Virus record (IMG/VR): IMGVR_UViG_3300027301_000003 | Location: 10,423 to 74,422 of that record | DNA length: 64,000 nt | Source of the DNA: a virus | Direction: 5' to 3' (one strand) | Shown: positions 8,819-16,605 of the stretch, in pieces | How the letters are laid out: every line of letters starts with the position of its first letter | Numbering within the stretch: position 1 is the stretch's first letter | Notes under the pieces: generated by a model | What the model saw: only the letters and a program-made list of their open reading frames with translations | Told to the model about the DNA's origin: nothing | Database searches by the model: none | Program-made: the position numbers and the translations under genes

Positions 8819-10549
8819 ATGGCAGCATTCATCAAGCATACAAATTGCGATAAGTGCGGTAGCTCAGATGGTAAGGCAGTATACGAAGGTGGCTCTTCGC
8901 ACTGCTTTGTCTGTGAACATACAGTACCGTCTAGTGAATTCAAGGAGTTAAATCCCAAGAAGACAACCAAAGTAAGATCAACAGCAAAGGAAGAAAAGAG
9001 TATGGAAGTTAAACCAAGTGGTAAACCTGCAATGACACCAGATGAAAATGCAGAGATTAAATCCGTAACTGGTGTAGCTGGTAAGGGTTTCCGTGGATTA
9101 AAAGATGAAACTACAAAACCCTTTGGTGTACGGTATGCGTATGATGATGATGGTGAAGTTGAAGAGCAGTACTACCCAACTACACAAGATGGTCAAATCG
9201 TAGGATACAAAATCCGTGAAGTACCAAAGAACTTTTACTCCAAAGGCAGAACTGGTGCTGACTGCGAATTGTTTATGCAGTTTAAGTTTAACCGTGGTGG
9301 TAAATACATTCTAATCACTGAAGGTGAACTTGATGCTCTATCTGCGTATCAGATGTTTGCTGAGTACACTAAAGCTCGTAGCGGCGATTATGAGATGGCT
9401 GTAGTATCACCAACTACTGGTGCTAACTCACATAAACAAATTGCTGCTCAGTATCGCTTCTTTGATAGCTTTGATAATATTATCGTTTGCTATGATAATG
9501 ATAAAGCTGGTAAGGAAGCAACTGAAGATATAGTCAAGGCTTTGCCAAAGGGTAAAGTTAAAGTCATGCACATGCGATATAAAGACCCTAACACCTATCT
9601 TGAAGAAGGTAAACAGGATGAGTTTATTCGTAACTTCTATGAAGCTAAACGCTATACTCCAGTTGGTGTATTAGGTAGTGGTGATTTGTATGATAAAATC
9701 CTAGAGCAAGCTACAGTACCAAAAGTACCGTTTCCACCATTCATGAATACATTGAATGAAATGCTTGTAGGTGGCTTACCACTAGGACACATCATTAACG
9801 TTGCTGCAGGTACAGGTCTTGGTAAAACATCCTTTGTTAACGAAATGATTTATCACTGGATTTTCAACTCACCGCACAAAATCGGTATTGTTTCAATGGA
9901 ATTAGATTCAGGTCAATACGGTGAGACACTACTAGGTAGACACCTCAGTCGTAAGATTTCGTTGATTCAAGATGATACCGCTAAGAAAGATTTACTGGAG
10001 TCTGATCGTGTGCGTGAAAAGGCAAATGAGCTATTCTATAACTCTGATGGTCAACATCGTTTCTATCTACTCGATAACCGTGATGGTACAATCGAAGAGA
10101 TTCAAGATACAGTAGAAGAGCTTGTGGTATCATGCGGTTGCAGAATCATTGTGCTGGACCCCTTACAGGATATCCTTGATGGTCTATCCAATGAAGACCA
10201 AGCATTGTTCATGAAGTGGTCCAAGGGTATCATCAAGAGTCATAACGTAACGCTGATCTTTATCAATCACGTTCGTAAGTCAGCTTCTGGTGTACAGAAT
10301 TCTTCACAAGGTGGTGCATTCACTGAAGAGGAAATTCAAGGTAGTTCTACTATCATTAAGTCAGCTTCAGCTAACATTTTGTTAAGTCGAAATAAGTACG
10401 CAGAAGACCCAACTGAACGCAATACAACCAAAGTTGTACTAAGTAAGAATCGTATCTGTGGATTAACTGGCCCTGCTGGTAACGTCTACTATGACAACGA
10501 CACTCATACTTTGCATAACTTAGATGATTGGTTGAACAACAACAATTAA
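8819..10549 (+). CDS. T7 gp4-like primase-helicase
   Basis: N-terminal Zn finger (CDKC...CFVC), TOPRIM (TEGELDALS, YDND), Walker A AGTGLGKT. Confidence 0.95.
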   Translation: MAAFIKHTNCDKCGSSDGKAVYEGGSSHCFVCEHTVPSSEFKELNPKKTTKVRSTAKEEKSMEVKPSGKPAMTPDENAEIKSVTGVAGKGFRGLKDETTKPFGVRYAYDDDGEVEEQYYPTTQDGQIVGYKIREVPKNFYSKGRTGADCELFMQFKFNRGGKYILITEGELDALSAYQMFAEYTKARSGDYEMAVVSPTTGANSHKQIAAQYRFFDSFDNIIVCYDNDKAGKEATEDIVKALPKGKVKVMHMRYKDPNTYLEEGKQDEFIRNFYEAKRYTPVGVLGSGDLYDKILEQATVPKVPFPPFMNTLNEMLVGGLPLGHIINVAAGTGLGKTSFVNEMIYHWIFNSPHKIGIVSMELDSGQYGETLLGRHLSRKISLIQDDTAKKDLLESDRVREKANELFYNSDGQHRFYLLDNRDGTIEEIQDTVEELVVSCGCRIIVLDPLQDILDGLSNEDQALFMKWSKGIIKSHNVTLIFINHVRKSASGVQNSSQGGAFTEEEIQGSSTIIKSASANILLSRNKYAEDPTERNTTKVVLSKNRICGLTGPAGNVYYDNDTHTLHNLDDWLNNNN

Positions 10550-10552
10550 AGC

Positions 10553-10596
10553 TTGACGTAGACCTAGAGTTGTGATAGACTCTAGGTTTTCTTTAT
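10553..10596 (+). promoter_or_regulatory. Promoter overlapping an intrinsic terminator
   Basis: TTGACG-17nt-TAGACT inside hairpin ACCTAGAGT/ACTCTAGGT followed by TTTCTTT. Confidence 0.6.
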
Positions 10597-10609
10597 TGGA
10601 GAACTATAA

Positions 10610-12802
10610 ATGGATTTGACAAGAGACTGGATTTATGACATTGAAACGTACAAGTCAGCTTTTACGTTCGCTGTTGTTCGTGCAGACGGTAAACACGCAC
10701 GAGTATTTGAGGTTTCCAGCCGTACTAATGAGCTAGAGCGCATCTATGCTTGCGTTGACCATATTGAAGCCTCTACTGGTCGTTTGGTGGGTTTCAACAA
10801 CGTAGGATTCGACTATCCTATCTTGCATGAAGTTCTTTTGAATCGCAGTCGTTGGTTGGCTAAATCAGGTAAGCAAGTTGCTGCTGATGTACACAAGCTT
10901 GCACAAAAGCAGATTGACTCCTTCAAGGATAATGGTTTCGGTAATAGCATTAAGACTGAAGAGCAAATTGTTCCTCAAGTTGACCTCTATCGTATCCATC
11001 ACTTCAATAACAAAGCACGAGCCACTGGTCTAAAGATGCTGGAATTCAACATGCGTATGGATAACATCGAAGACTTACCTTATGCTGTGGATGCAGAACT
11101 AACCGCAGAAGAAATTGACAAACTTAAAAGCTATAACATGCATGATGTGCGCTGTACTCTTGCGTTTTACTTGAAGTCCATTGCTCAGATTGAATTCAGG
11201 GATAACTTGAGTATCAAACTTGGTCGTGACTTTACCAATGCTGACGATACAAAAATTGGTGCTGAGTTCTTTCAGATGAAGCTTGAGGAATCAGGTGTAA
11301 AGCTGCATAAGTTCAAAGACGGTAAGAAAGTCATGATGCAAACCAAGAGAGACAAGATCGCTATTAAAGACTGTCTGTTTGGTTATTACAAGTTTGATCG
11401 TCCAGAGTTTCAAGCAGTTTATGATTGGTTTTCTAAGCAGATCATCACTGAGACTAAAGGCGTGTTCTCAGATATTGAAGAGCACAATCTTGGTGAAGTT
11501 GCTAAGTACGCAAACCTTACTCTAAAGCGCAAGAAGTTCAAAGGTGCTCCAACTGAACGAGAAGTTGATGATTTCAAGAATGAACATCCAATGGGTTGGA
11601 TCGAAGTAGAAGAGCTTAAGGCTACTGAATATCTGTTTGATGCCAATGGTGAACATGTGCTTGAATACATACTGGATGCTGATGGTTGTCCAGACCTTGC
11701 AAAGAAGCGCAAGAAGGTCCGTGTAGCGAAGAAATCCTATTGGGGTTGCTACCGTATTGCTGAGACTCTAAATGTCCTTGTAGATGGCTATAGGATTGAT
11801 TTTGGAGTAGGTGGTGTACATGCATCTCTATCTGAGAAGGTTGCTAGTGCAGGTAAGCTGTACATGCTAAGGGACGCTGACGTAAGTTCAATGTATCCTA
11901 ACATTGCTATTTCAAATAAGATTTATCCTGAGCATCTTGGTGCAGAGTTCTGTGCAATTTATCAAGACATGTATGAGCAGCGTAAATCCTATGCAAAGAA
12001 TACACCTGAGAATGCAATGCTTAAACTTGCACTCAACGGTACATACGGTAAGAGCAATGATAAATACTCTGTGTTCTATGATCCAAAGTTTACAATGTCG
12101 ATTACCATCAACGGTCAATTGTCTTTGCTAATGCTTGCTGATCGTTTACTGCAGATTCCAAAGCTAAAGTTAGTCCAACTAAATACAGACGGTTTGACTG
12201 TAGCTATGACACGAGATACTGAAGAGCAGTACAATGCAATCTGTTTGCAATGGCAAAAGGATGTAAAGCTTGACTTGGAATTCGTAGATTATCAGAACAT
12301 GTATATTCGTGATGTGAATAACTACATTGCTTTGTACACAAATGGTAAGGTAAAGCGCAAAGGTGCTTATCAGTACGAAGATTTAGGTTGGCATCAAAAC
12401 CAAGGTGGTCTAGTGATTCCAATGGCTGCTGAAGCTGCTATGTTGCATGGTAAGGATGTACGAGAGTTCATTCAGGAAAGACTTGATCAAGGTCATATCT
12501 TTGATTTCATGCTGCGTACAAAAGTCCCTCGCAGTTCTAAACTTGTGCTAGAATTTGAAGATGGTCGTGTAGAGCAACAGCAGAACATCTGTAGATACTA
12601 CCCTTGTAAAACTGGTGGTAAACTAATGAAGTTGATGCCAGCACTACCAGATAGCGAAGACAAGAGCGATAGAAGAATGGGTATTGACACATCTTGGAAT
12701 GTAAAGACCTGCAATAACATCGCTGATTTCGGTTATGATGTAGACTTGGATTACTATGTAAGTGAAGCTGAGAAGCTAGTTATCAGAAAGGACAAAGCAT
12801 GA
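10610..12802 (+). CDS. DNA polymerase, family-B-like, with 3'-5' exonuclease
   Basis: DIETY, GFNNVGFD and YNMHD exonuclease motifs; DVSSMYP, KLALNGTYGK and NTDG polymerase motifs. Confidence 0.9.
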   Translation: MDLTRDWIYDIETYKSAFTFAVVRADGKHARVFEVSSRTNELERIYACVDHIEASTGRLVGFNNVGFDYPILHEVLLNRSRWLAKSGKQVAADVHKLAQKQIDSFKDNGFGNSIKTEEQIVPQVDLYRIHHFNNKARATGLKMLEFNMRMDNIEDLPYAVDAELTAEEIDKLKSYNMHDVRCTLAFYLKSIAQIEFRDNLSIKLGRDFTNADDTKIGAEFFQMKLEESGVKLHKFKDGKKVMMQTKRDKIAIKDCLFGYYKFDRPEFQAVYDWFSKQIITETKGVFSDIEEHNLGEVAKYANLTLKRKKFKGAPTEREVDDFKNEHPMGWIEVEELKATEYLFDANGEHVLEYILDADGCPDLAKKRKKVRVAKKSYWGCYRIAETLNVLVDGYRIDFGVGGVHASLSEKVASAGKLYMLRDADVSSMYPNIAISNKIYPEHLGAEFCAIYQDMYEQRKSYAKNTPENAMLKLALNGTYGKSNDKYSVFYDPKFTMSITINGQLSLLMLADRLLQIPKLKLVQLNTDGLTVAMTRDTEEQYNAICLQWQKDVKLDLEFVDYQNMYIRDVNNYIALYTNGKVKRKGAYQYEDLGWHQNQGGLVIPMAAEAAMLHGKDVREFIQERLDQGHIFDFMLRTKVPRSSKLVLEFEDGRVEQQQNICRYYPCKTGGKLMKLMPALPDSEDKSDRRMGIDTSWNVKTCNNIADFGYDVDLDYYVSEAEKLVIRKDKA

Positions 12803-12987
12803 GTTACGGTGGATTACCTTGGTGGATATACGAAGCAATCTATGAGCATGATATAGCACAGATGCAATGCTGCTTTGAAGATGAATGGTTTGCTGGTACA
12901 TCTAAAGTGCTACCTGAGCATGTAATTGCAATTTCAAGAGCTACTTTTAAAACACACGATATTGGAGGGTGGAATTATGACAACTGA
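12799..12987 (+). CDS. Hypothetical protein
   Basis: 62 aa ORF with ATGA overlap. Confidence 0.6.
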   Translation: MSYGGLPWWIYEAIYEHDIAQMQCCFEDEWFAGTSKVLPEHVIAISRATFKTHDIGGWNYDN

Positions 12988-13174
12988 ATCTGAGATACTT
13001 CGCAAACGCTGTGATGCTCTGCTAACTGCACTACTTGGTAAAAACCTTGTTGACAACTGGTGGAAATCACCCAACAAAGCTTTTTGCGATGATACTCCTG
13101 AAGTTATCTTTGCTGTAGCACCAAGAACAGTGTACAATTATTTGATGAAATATTACGATGCAGGTGGATCATGA
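12977..13174 (+). CDS. Stand-alone Xre/MbcA/ParS-like antitoxin C-terminal domain protein
   Basis: WWKSPNKAFCDDTP resembles the W..PN.A...TP motif of the toxin-binding domain; GGAGG RBS. Confidence 0.55.
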   Translation: MTTESEILRKRCDALLTALLGKNLVDNWWKSPNKAFCDDTPEVIFAVAPRTVYNYLMKYYDAGGS

Positions 13175-13347
13175 AGTACAAATACGAGTATAATAAAGAG
13201 TACCAGACGTTACAGCAGTTTGATGCAAACGGTGTGCTACGATCTAGCATGAGTATGCCAAAGAGTGATCTGAACTTGATTGCTCAGTTGAACATCAAAG
13301 AAAATATTTTGCGAAGTGTTGACTTGGAGTTGAAAACTGATGTATAA
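13171..13347 (+). CDS. Small hypothetical protein (not in ORF track)
   Basis: 58 aa MKYKYEYNKE...KTDV with ATGA overlap. Confidence 0.55.
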   Translation: MKYKYEYNKEYQTLQQFDANGVLRSSMSMPKSDLNLIAQLNIKENILRSVDLELKTDV

Positions 13348-13348
13348 T
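13319..13348 (+). promoter_or_regulatory. Sigma70-type promoter for the tRNA-Arg/ncRNA/NTase island
   Basis: TTGACT-18nt-TATAAT, about 11 nt upstream of the tRNA. Confidence 0.65.
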
Positions 13349-13359
13349 TGAGATATCAA

Positions 13360-13434
13360 ACGGCTATAGTATAATGGACAATGCAACAGGCTTCTACCCT
13401 GTGAATGGTGGTTCGATTCCATCTAGTCGTACCA
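13360..13434 (+). tRNA. tRNA-Arg(TCT)
   Basis: Acceptor ACGGCTA/TAGTCGT, anticodon arm ACAGG-CTTCTAC-CCTGT, T arm GGTTCGATTCC, encoded CCA. Confidence 0.92.
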
Positions 13435-13440
13435 AATTTA

Positions 13441-13612
13441 GTCCCGATCCTCTGCAGAGTTTCAAATCCCTAGAAACAATGCACGATGCGAGGTAGGTGA
13501 AAGCCCTATCACTAAAATGCAAGTACTGATGGCGTGGTACTGCAGGATTTCCAAGGCCAAAGGGTTGTCGCCCGGATGTAACAAGACACTATAATACCTA
13601 TTTAGGGATAGG
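13441..13612 (+). ncRNA. Candidate structured RNA A of unknown family
   Basis: Non-coding; helices TGCA.GTTTC/GAAAC.TGCA, GTAGG-TGAAAGC-CCTAT, AGTAC/GTACT, GATCCT/AGGATT, ACCTAT/ATAGGT. Confidence 0.55.
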
Positions 13613-13736
13613 TGGTTATAGTTCAGTATATTTCAGGTTGGGTAGACGAACGTGGTTTACTATTTGGGGTATCGAATCGTTCTGTGGTGGAATGAGGGGG
13701 CATACCTAAGATACGGAATATACTGAACTATAACTA
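13613..13736 (+). ncRNA. Candidate structured RNA B closed by an 18-22 bp stem
   Basis: Perfect inverted repeat 13615-13632 / 13717-13734 enclosing GU-containing hairpins. Confidence 0.6.
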
Positions 13737-13745
13737 AGGAGTAAT

Positions 13746-14564
13746 ATGAAAAACCTACTGATTGGTTCTCGTGCATTAGAGTACTGGAGTGCAGACTTCA
13801 AGTGCAAACCCAATGCTGATTGGGATATTATTAGTTTGCATGGAATTGAAGATGCAACTAAGCGCATTGAATGGCACGATTTCAATAAACTAGGTAACTA
13901 CGATATTGAACGGTATGCTTCTGAGCAGTCTTTTGATATATTAGGTCAGCGTGTGCACATCGTTAATCCAATTGGTCTTACGATTATCAAACGCAGTCAC
14001 CTGTGGCGTGATCTAAGCTTTCAAAAGCACATTACGCACTATCATAAGCATCTTGCAAAGTATCGCAGTATGTTTACAGCATTTGATGAACGTGTTCTGG
14101 AAAAGCGCATAGCTTATACAATGGAAGCTTACCCACAAGGTCATCCTAGTTTGAAGAAATCCGTAGAAGACTTCTTTGATGACTACGTTGAGAAGAAATA
14201 CAATCATGATTATTTGCATGAACTTGTTGCATATCACGACAAACCGTTGTATACTCAGCTTCAACGCAATGCAAGTAGTGCGTGGTGTGACGAAGACTTG
14301 TGGGATAAGCTATCAAACGATGATAAAATCAAGTGCGTAGCTGAAGAAGCACAGGTCATTGCAATCGAGCGTTTTCTTGTACCAAGCAACTGGAACTATG
14401 CACCACGACATGCGTACTTAAAAGCACTTGATAAAGTATGCACTACATTGTGCAGTGGTTGGTTTAGAGATTTTGCGATAGATAATTATCCTGAAATCTT
14501 TAATTTATGTGATACAATGAAGTTTGACAACATCAGAAAGGAACTAGAACATGGCACGAACTAA
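13746..14564 (+). CDS. Pol-beta-superfamily nucleotidyltransferase-like protein
   Basis: N-terminal IGSRAL...DWD (GS..DxD) signature; His/aromatic-rich helical C-terminal part (HDYLHE, CTTLCSGWFR). Confidence 0.65.
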   Translation: MKNLLIGSRALEYWSADFKCKPNADWDIISLHGIEDATKRIEWHDFNKLGNYDIERYASEQSFDILGQRVHIVNPIGLTIIKRSHLWRDLSFQKHITHYHKHLAKYRSMFTAFDERVLEKRIAYTMEAYPQGHPSLKKSVEDFFDDYVEKKYNHDYLHELVAYHDKPLYTQLQRNASSAWCDEDLWDKLSNDDKIKCVAEEAQVIAIERFLVPSNWNYAPRHAYLKALDKVCTTLCSGWFRDFAIDNYPEIFNLCDTMKFDNIRKELEHGTN

Positions 14565-15045
14565 AGTAGCGGAGCTAACAGTAGAGCAGCAGATTGCTCA
14601 AATTCAAAAAGAAGCTGCAGAGAAAATTAAGCAACTTCAAACGGCATTACCTTGGAATAAACGTTTCAAAAATGCGTTTGATAAATATCTTATTGGTAAT
14701 AGACCTGATATTGCCAAGTACATGACTGGTTATGAACCAGAAAGTAGCATTCAACATGATATCAATGATCACTTACGTGATGTCAATCTAAGTATTAAAT
14801 ACGATTCATCAACTTTTGATAATTCATTGTACAATCAAAGTGTAATTAACAATCTTGTTGATCAATACGACTTGACTGAATATCCAGTGTATACTATCTT
14901 TGCTGTACTTGAAGGTAAAAATATTGTTGGTTATGTTAAGATTAACTGCCAATATTCATCGTATAATGGTAATGAGTACAGTAACTTTTGTTTTGTAAAA
15001 CCACAAGAAATTACTTGTACAGTATTTAATGCTTATAACCCTTGA
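14551..15045 (+). CDS. Hypothetical protein, paralog of the downstream gene
   Basis: C-terminus YSSYNGNEYSNFCFVKPQEITCTVF aligns with the next gene. Confidence 0.75.
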   Translation: MARTKVAELTVEQQIAQIQKEAAEKIKQLQTALPWNKRFKNAFDKYLIGNRPDIAKYMTGYEPESSIQHDINDHLRDVNLSIKYDSSTFDNSLYNQSVINNLVDQYDLTEYPVYTIFAVLEGKNIVGYVKINCQYSSYNGNEYSNFCFVKPQEITCTVFNAYNP

Positions 15046-15056
15046 AAGGAAATAAC

Positions 15057-15404
15057 ATGCTTAATGATAAAGTTGTAGCTTTGCTTGCAGAAGCTGATAA
15101 TAGTGTACTCACAGATTTCTTCAATTGTGAATTTCAAGTTAAACCTTGGGATTGGGACTCAGAAGAAATCATAGAATTTCGTAATGTACTTTTAAATGCA
15201 GGTATTGCTTTTGAAGAAGTAGATCGTTACGGCGGTGAAGATCAAGGTTCTGATTACTGGTCTGTGTATTCATTCAGTGATGGTATGCAAGTTGTATTCA
15301 TTAAATTCCAAGGTTGGTACGCTTCATACGAAGGTTCCACCTATGAGGAATTTTTTGAGGTAACTCCTGTAGAGAAAACCATCACTGTATTTGAAAAGAA
15401 ATAA
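15057..15404 (+). CDS. Conserved phage hypothetical protein
   Basis: GGEDQGSDYW...GWYASYEG...VTPVEKTITVF; AAGGA RBS before ATG at 15057. Confidence 0.8.
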   Translation: MLNDKVVALLAEADNSVLTDFFNCEFQVKPWDWDSEEIIEFRNVLLNAGIAFEEVDRYGGEDQGSDYWSVYSFSDGMQVVFIKFQGWYASYEGSTYEEFFEVTPVEKTITVFEKK

Positions 15405-15407
15405 AGC

Positions 15408-15450
15408 ATCATAAATGATATCTAATGTTATCTTAGGTATTGTTTATGAT
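15408..15450 (+). other. Long hairpin, possible RNase III processing site upstream of tRNAs
   Basis: ATCATAAATGATATCTAA-loop-TTAGGTATTGTTTATGAT, 18 bp with GU pairs. Confidence 0.55.
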
Positions 15451-15456
15451 ACATAA

Positions 15457-15531
15457 GGGTCAGTAGCTTAAAGGTGAAGCCCTCGACTCATAATCGAGAT
15501 AGTGCTGGTTCAAGTCCAGTCTGACCCACCA
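15457..15531 (+). tRNA. tRNA with CAT anticodon (Ile2 or elongator Met)
   Basis: GGGTCAG/CTGACCC acceptor, CTCGA-CTCATAA-TCGAG, GGTTCAAGTCC, CCA. Confidence 0.9.
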
Positions 15532-15534
15532 AAT

Positions 15535-15625
15535 GGACATGATGTGTCAATTACCTGATGCTGGTATGAAACTTCCTAATAGCATAGGAGGGAGAAGCGG
15601 GTTAGATTCCCGTTGTTGTCCACCA
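15535..15625 (+). ncRNA. tRNA-like RNA lacking a canonical anticodon loop
   Basis: GGACA/TGTCC-A-CCA end, T arm GCGGG-TTAGATT-CCCGT, 7 bp stem CTTCCTA/TAGGAGG with 6 nt loop. Confidence 0.7.
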
Positions 15626-15645
15626 AAAATAACGTCAATAAACTA

Positions 15646-15674
15646 TTGACAAAGCATTTGCAGTTTGCTATAAT
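15646..15674 (+). promoter_or_regulatory. Consensus sigma70 promoter upstream of ssb
   Basis: TTGACA-17nt-TATAAT with TG extension. Confidence 0.85.
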
Positions 15675-15736
15675 TGCACTTCGGTCACTATCTCCGTTAT
15701 GATAGAGTCTTTTATTAATAGTCGAAAGGAAATATT

Positions 15737-16381
15737 ATGCAAAAACTAACAGGTATGCTTCTCTATGTTCAACTAAATAAGCCAGCAAAAGCTTATGTCA
15801 AGGCAGGAGAGCCAGTGAAACCAGATGAATGGAAAGCTTCAGTAGCTATTACAGATGAAGATGTAGTAGATGAGTACGAAGAGTTTGCCAAAGGTATTGA
15901 TGCCAAAACATCCATCAAGAAAGTAAAGACCACTGAATTTGAAGGTATCTACAAAGTAGCACCTCCAGAAGATGCAGGTAAGAACATTTGGGTGGTAACT
16001 CTACGCAAGTCAACTCAGCTAGGTAAAACTGGCAAAGAAGTACCTGATTTGTACAAGCCAAAAGTCTTTGAGAAAGTCGGTAAAGCACTAGTTGATGTTA
16101 CCAACAGCAAACTACCTGCGAATGGTTCTTACGGTTCAATCAGTATTGACAAGTTTGAGCGCACCAATGGTACAGCATCATTGTATCTAAAGAACGTACT
16201 AGTCACTTCAATGATTGAATACGTTGCTGAATCAGGTCCAGAATATGAACCCGGAAGCGAATTCGATGATGAGCCTAAAGCAGAAGCTGCACCAGCACCA
16301 AAAGCTAAAGCAGAAGTTAAACCCAAAGCTCGTGCTAAGGTTGAAGTTGCTGTTGAAGACGAAGATGAAATCCCGTTCTGA
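15737..16381 (+). CDS. Single-stranded DNA-binding protein (T7 gp2.5-like)
   Basis: NGS motif, acidic tail ending EDEDEIPF, position in the replication block. Confidence 0.75.
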   Translation: MQKLTGMLLYVQLNKPAKAYVKAGEPVKPDEWKASVAITDEDVVDEYEEFAKGIDAKTSIKKVKTTEFEGIYKVAPPEDAGKNIWVVTLRKSTQLGKTGKEVPDLYKPKVFEKVGKALVDVTNSKLPANGSYGSISIDKFERTNGTASLYLKNVLVTSMIEYVAESGPEYEPGSEFDDEPKAEAAPAPKAKAEVKPKARAKVEVAVEDEDEIPF

Positions 16382-16394
16382 TTGAAAGGTTGAT

Positions 16395-16604
16395 ATGACA
16401 AAACAAACTAGGGATATTATGACAATTGTAGCGTTACTTACTTTTGCCGTGTTACTGATCATCTTTGGACCTCTTGCTATCATTTGGTCGTTGAACACCT
16501 TGTTCCCGATCTTAGCAATTCCATTTGGTTTCTATCAGTGGGCAGCAGTAGTTCTATTGAACTTGACGATTTTCAGCAAAGCAGTTTTTACTCGAAAGGA
16601 TTAA
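16395..16604 (+). CDS. Small membrane protein
   Basis: Two hydrophobic segments. Confidence 0.7.
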   Translation: MTKQTRDIMTIVALLTFAVLLIIFGPLAIIWSLNTLFPILAIPFGFYQWAAVVLLNLTIFSKAVFTRKD

Positions 16605-16605
16605 T

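Noticed and set aside
13386-13402. Possible amber suppressor tRNA (CTA within the loop) and stop-codon recoding
   Set aside because: The stem register ACAGG/CCTGT gives loop CTTCTAC with anticodon TCT (Arg). Genes are intact in the standard code, and TAG serves as a stop (for example at 3788).
13435-13520. Theta/HDV-like ribozyme after tRNA-Arg (GTCCC..TCCTC resemblance)
   Set aside because: No convincing P1, no GGGAC partner for P2 and no J4/2 could be placed by eye.
13495-13545. Hammerhead ribozyme or cobalamin riboswitch (GAAA, CTGATG, GGTGAAA)
   Set aside because: The core is CTGATGG rather than CTGANGA, the stems do not fit, and no B12-box is present.
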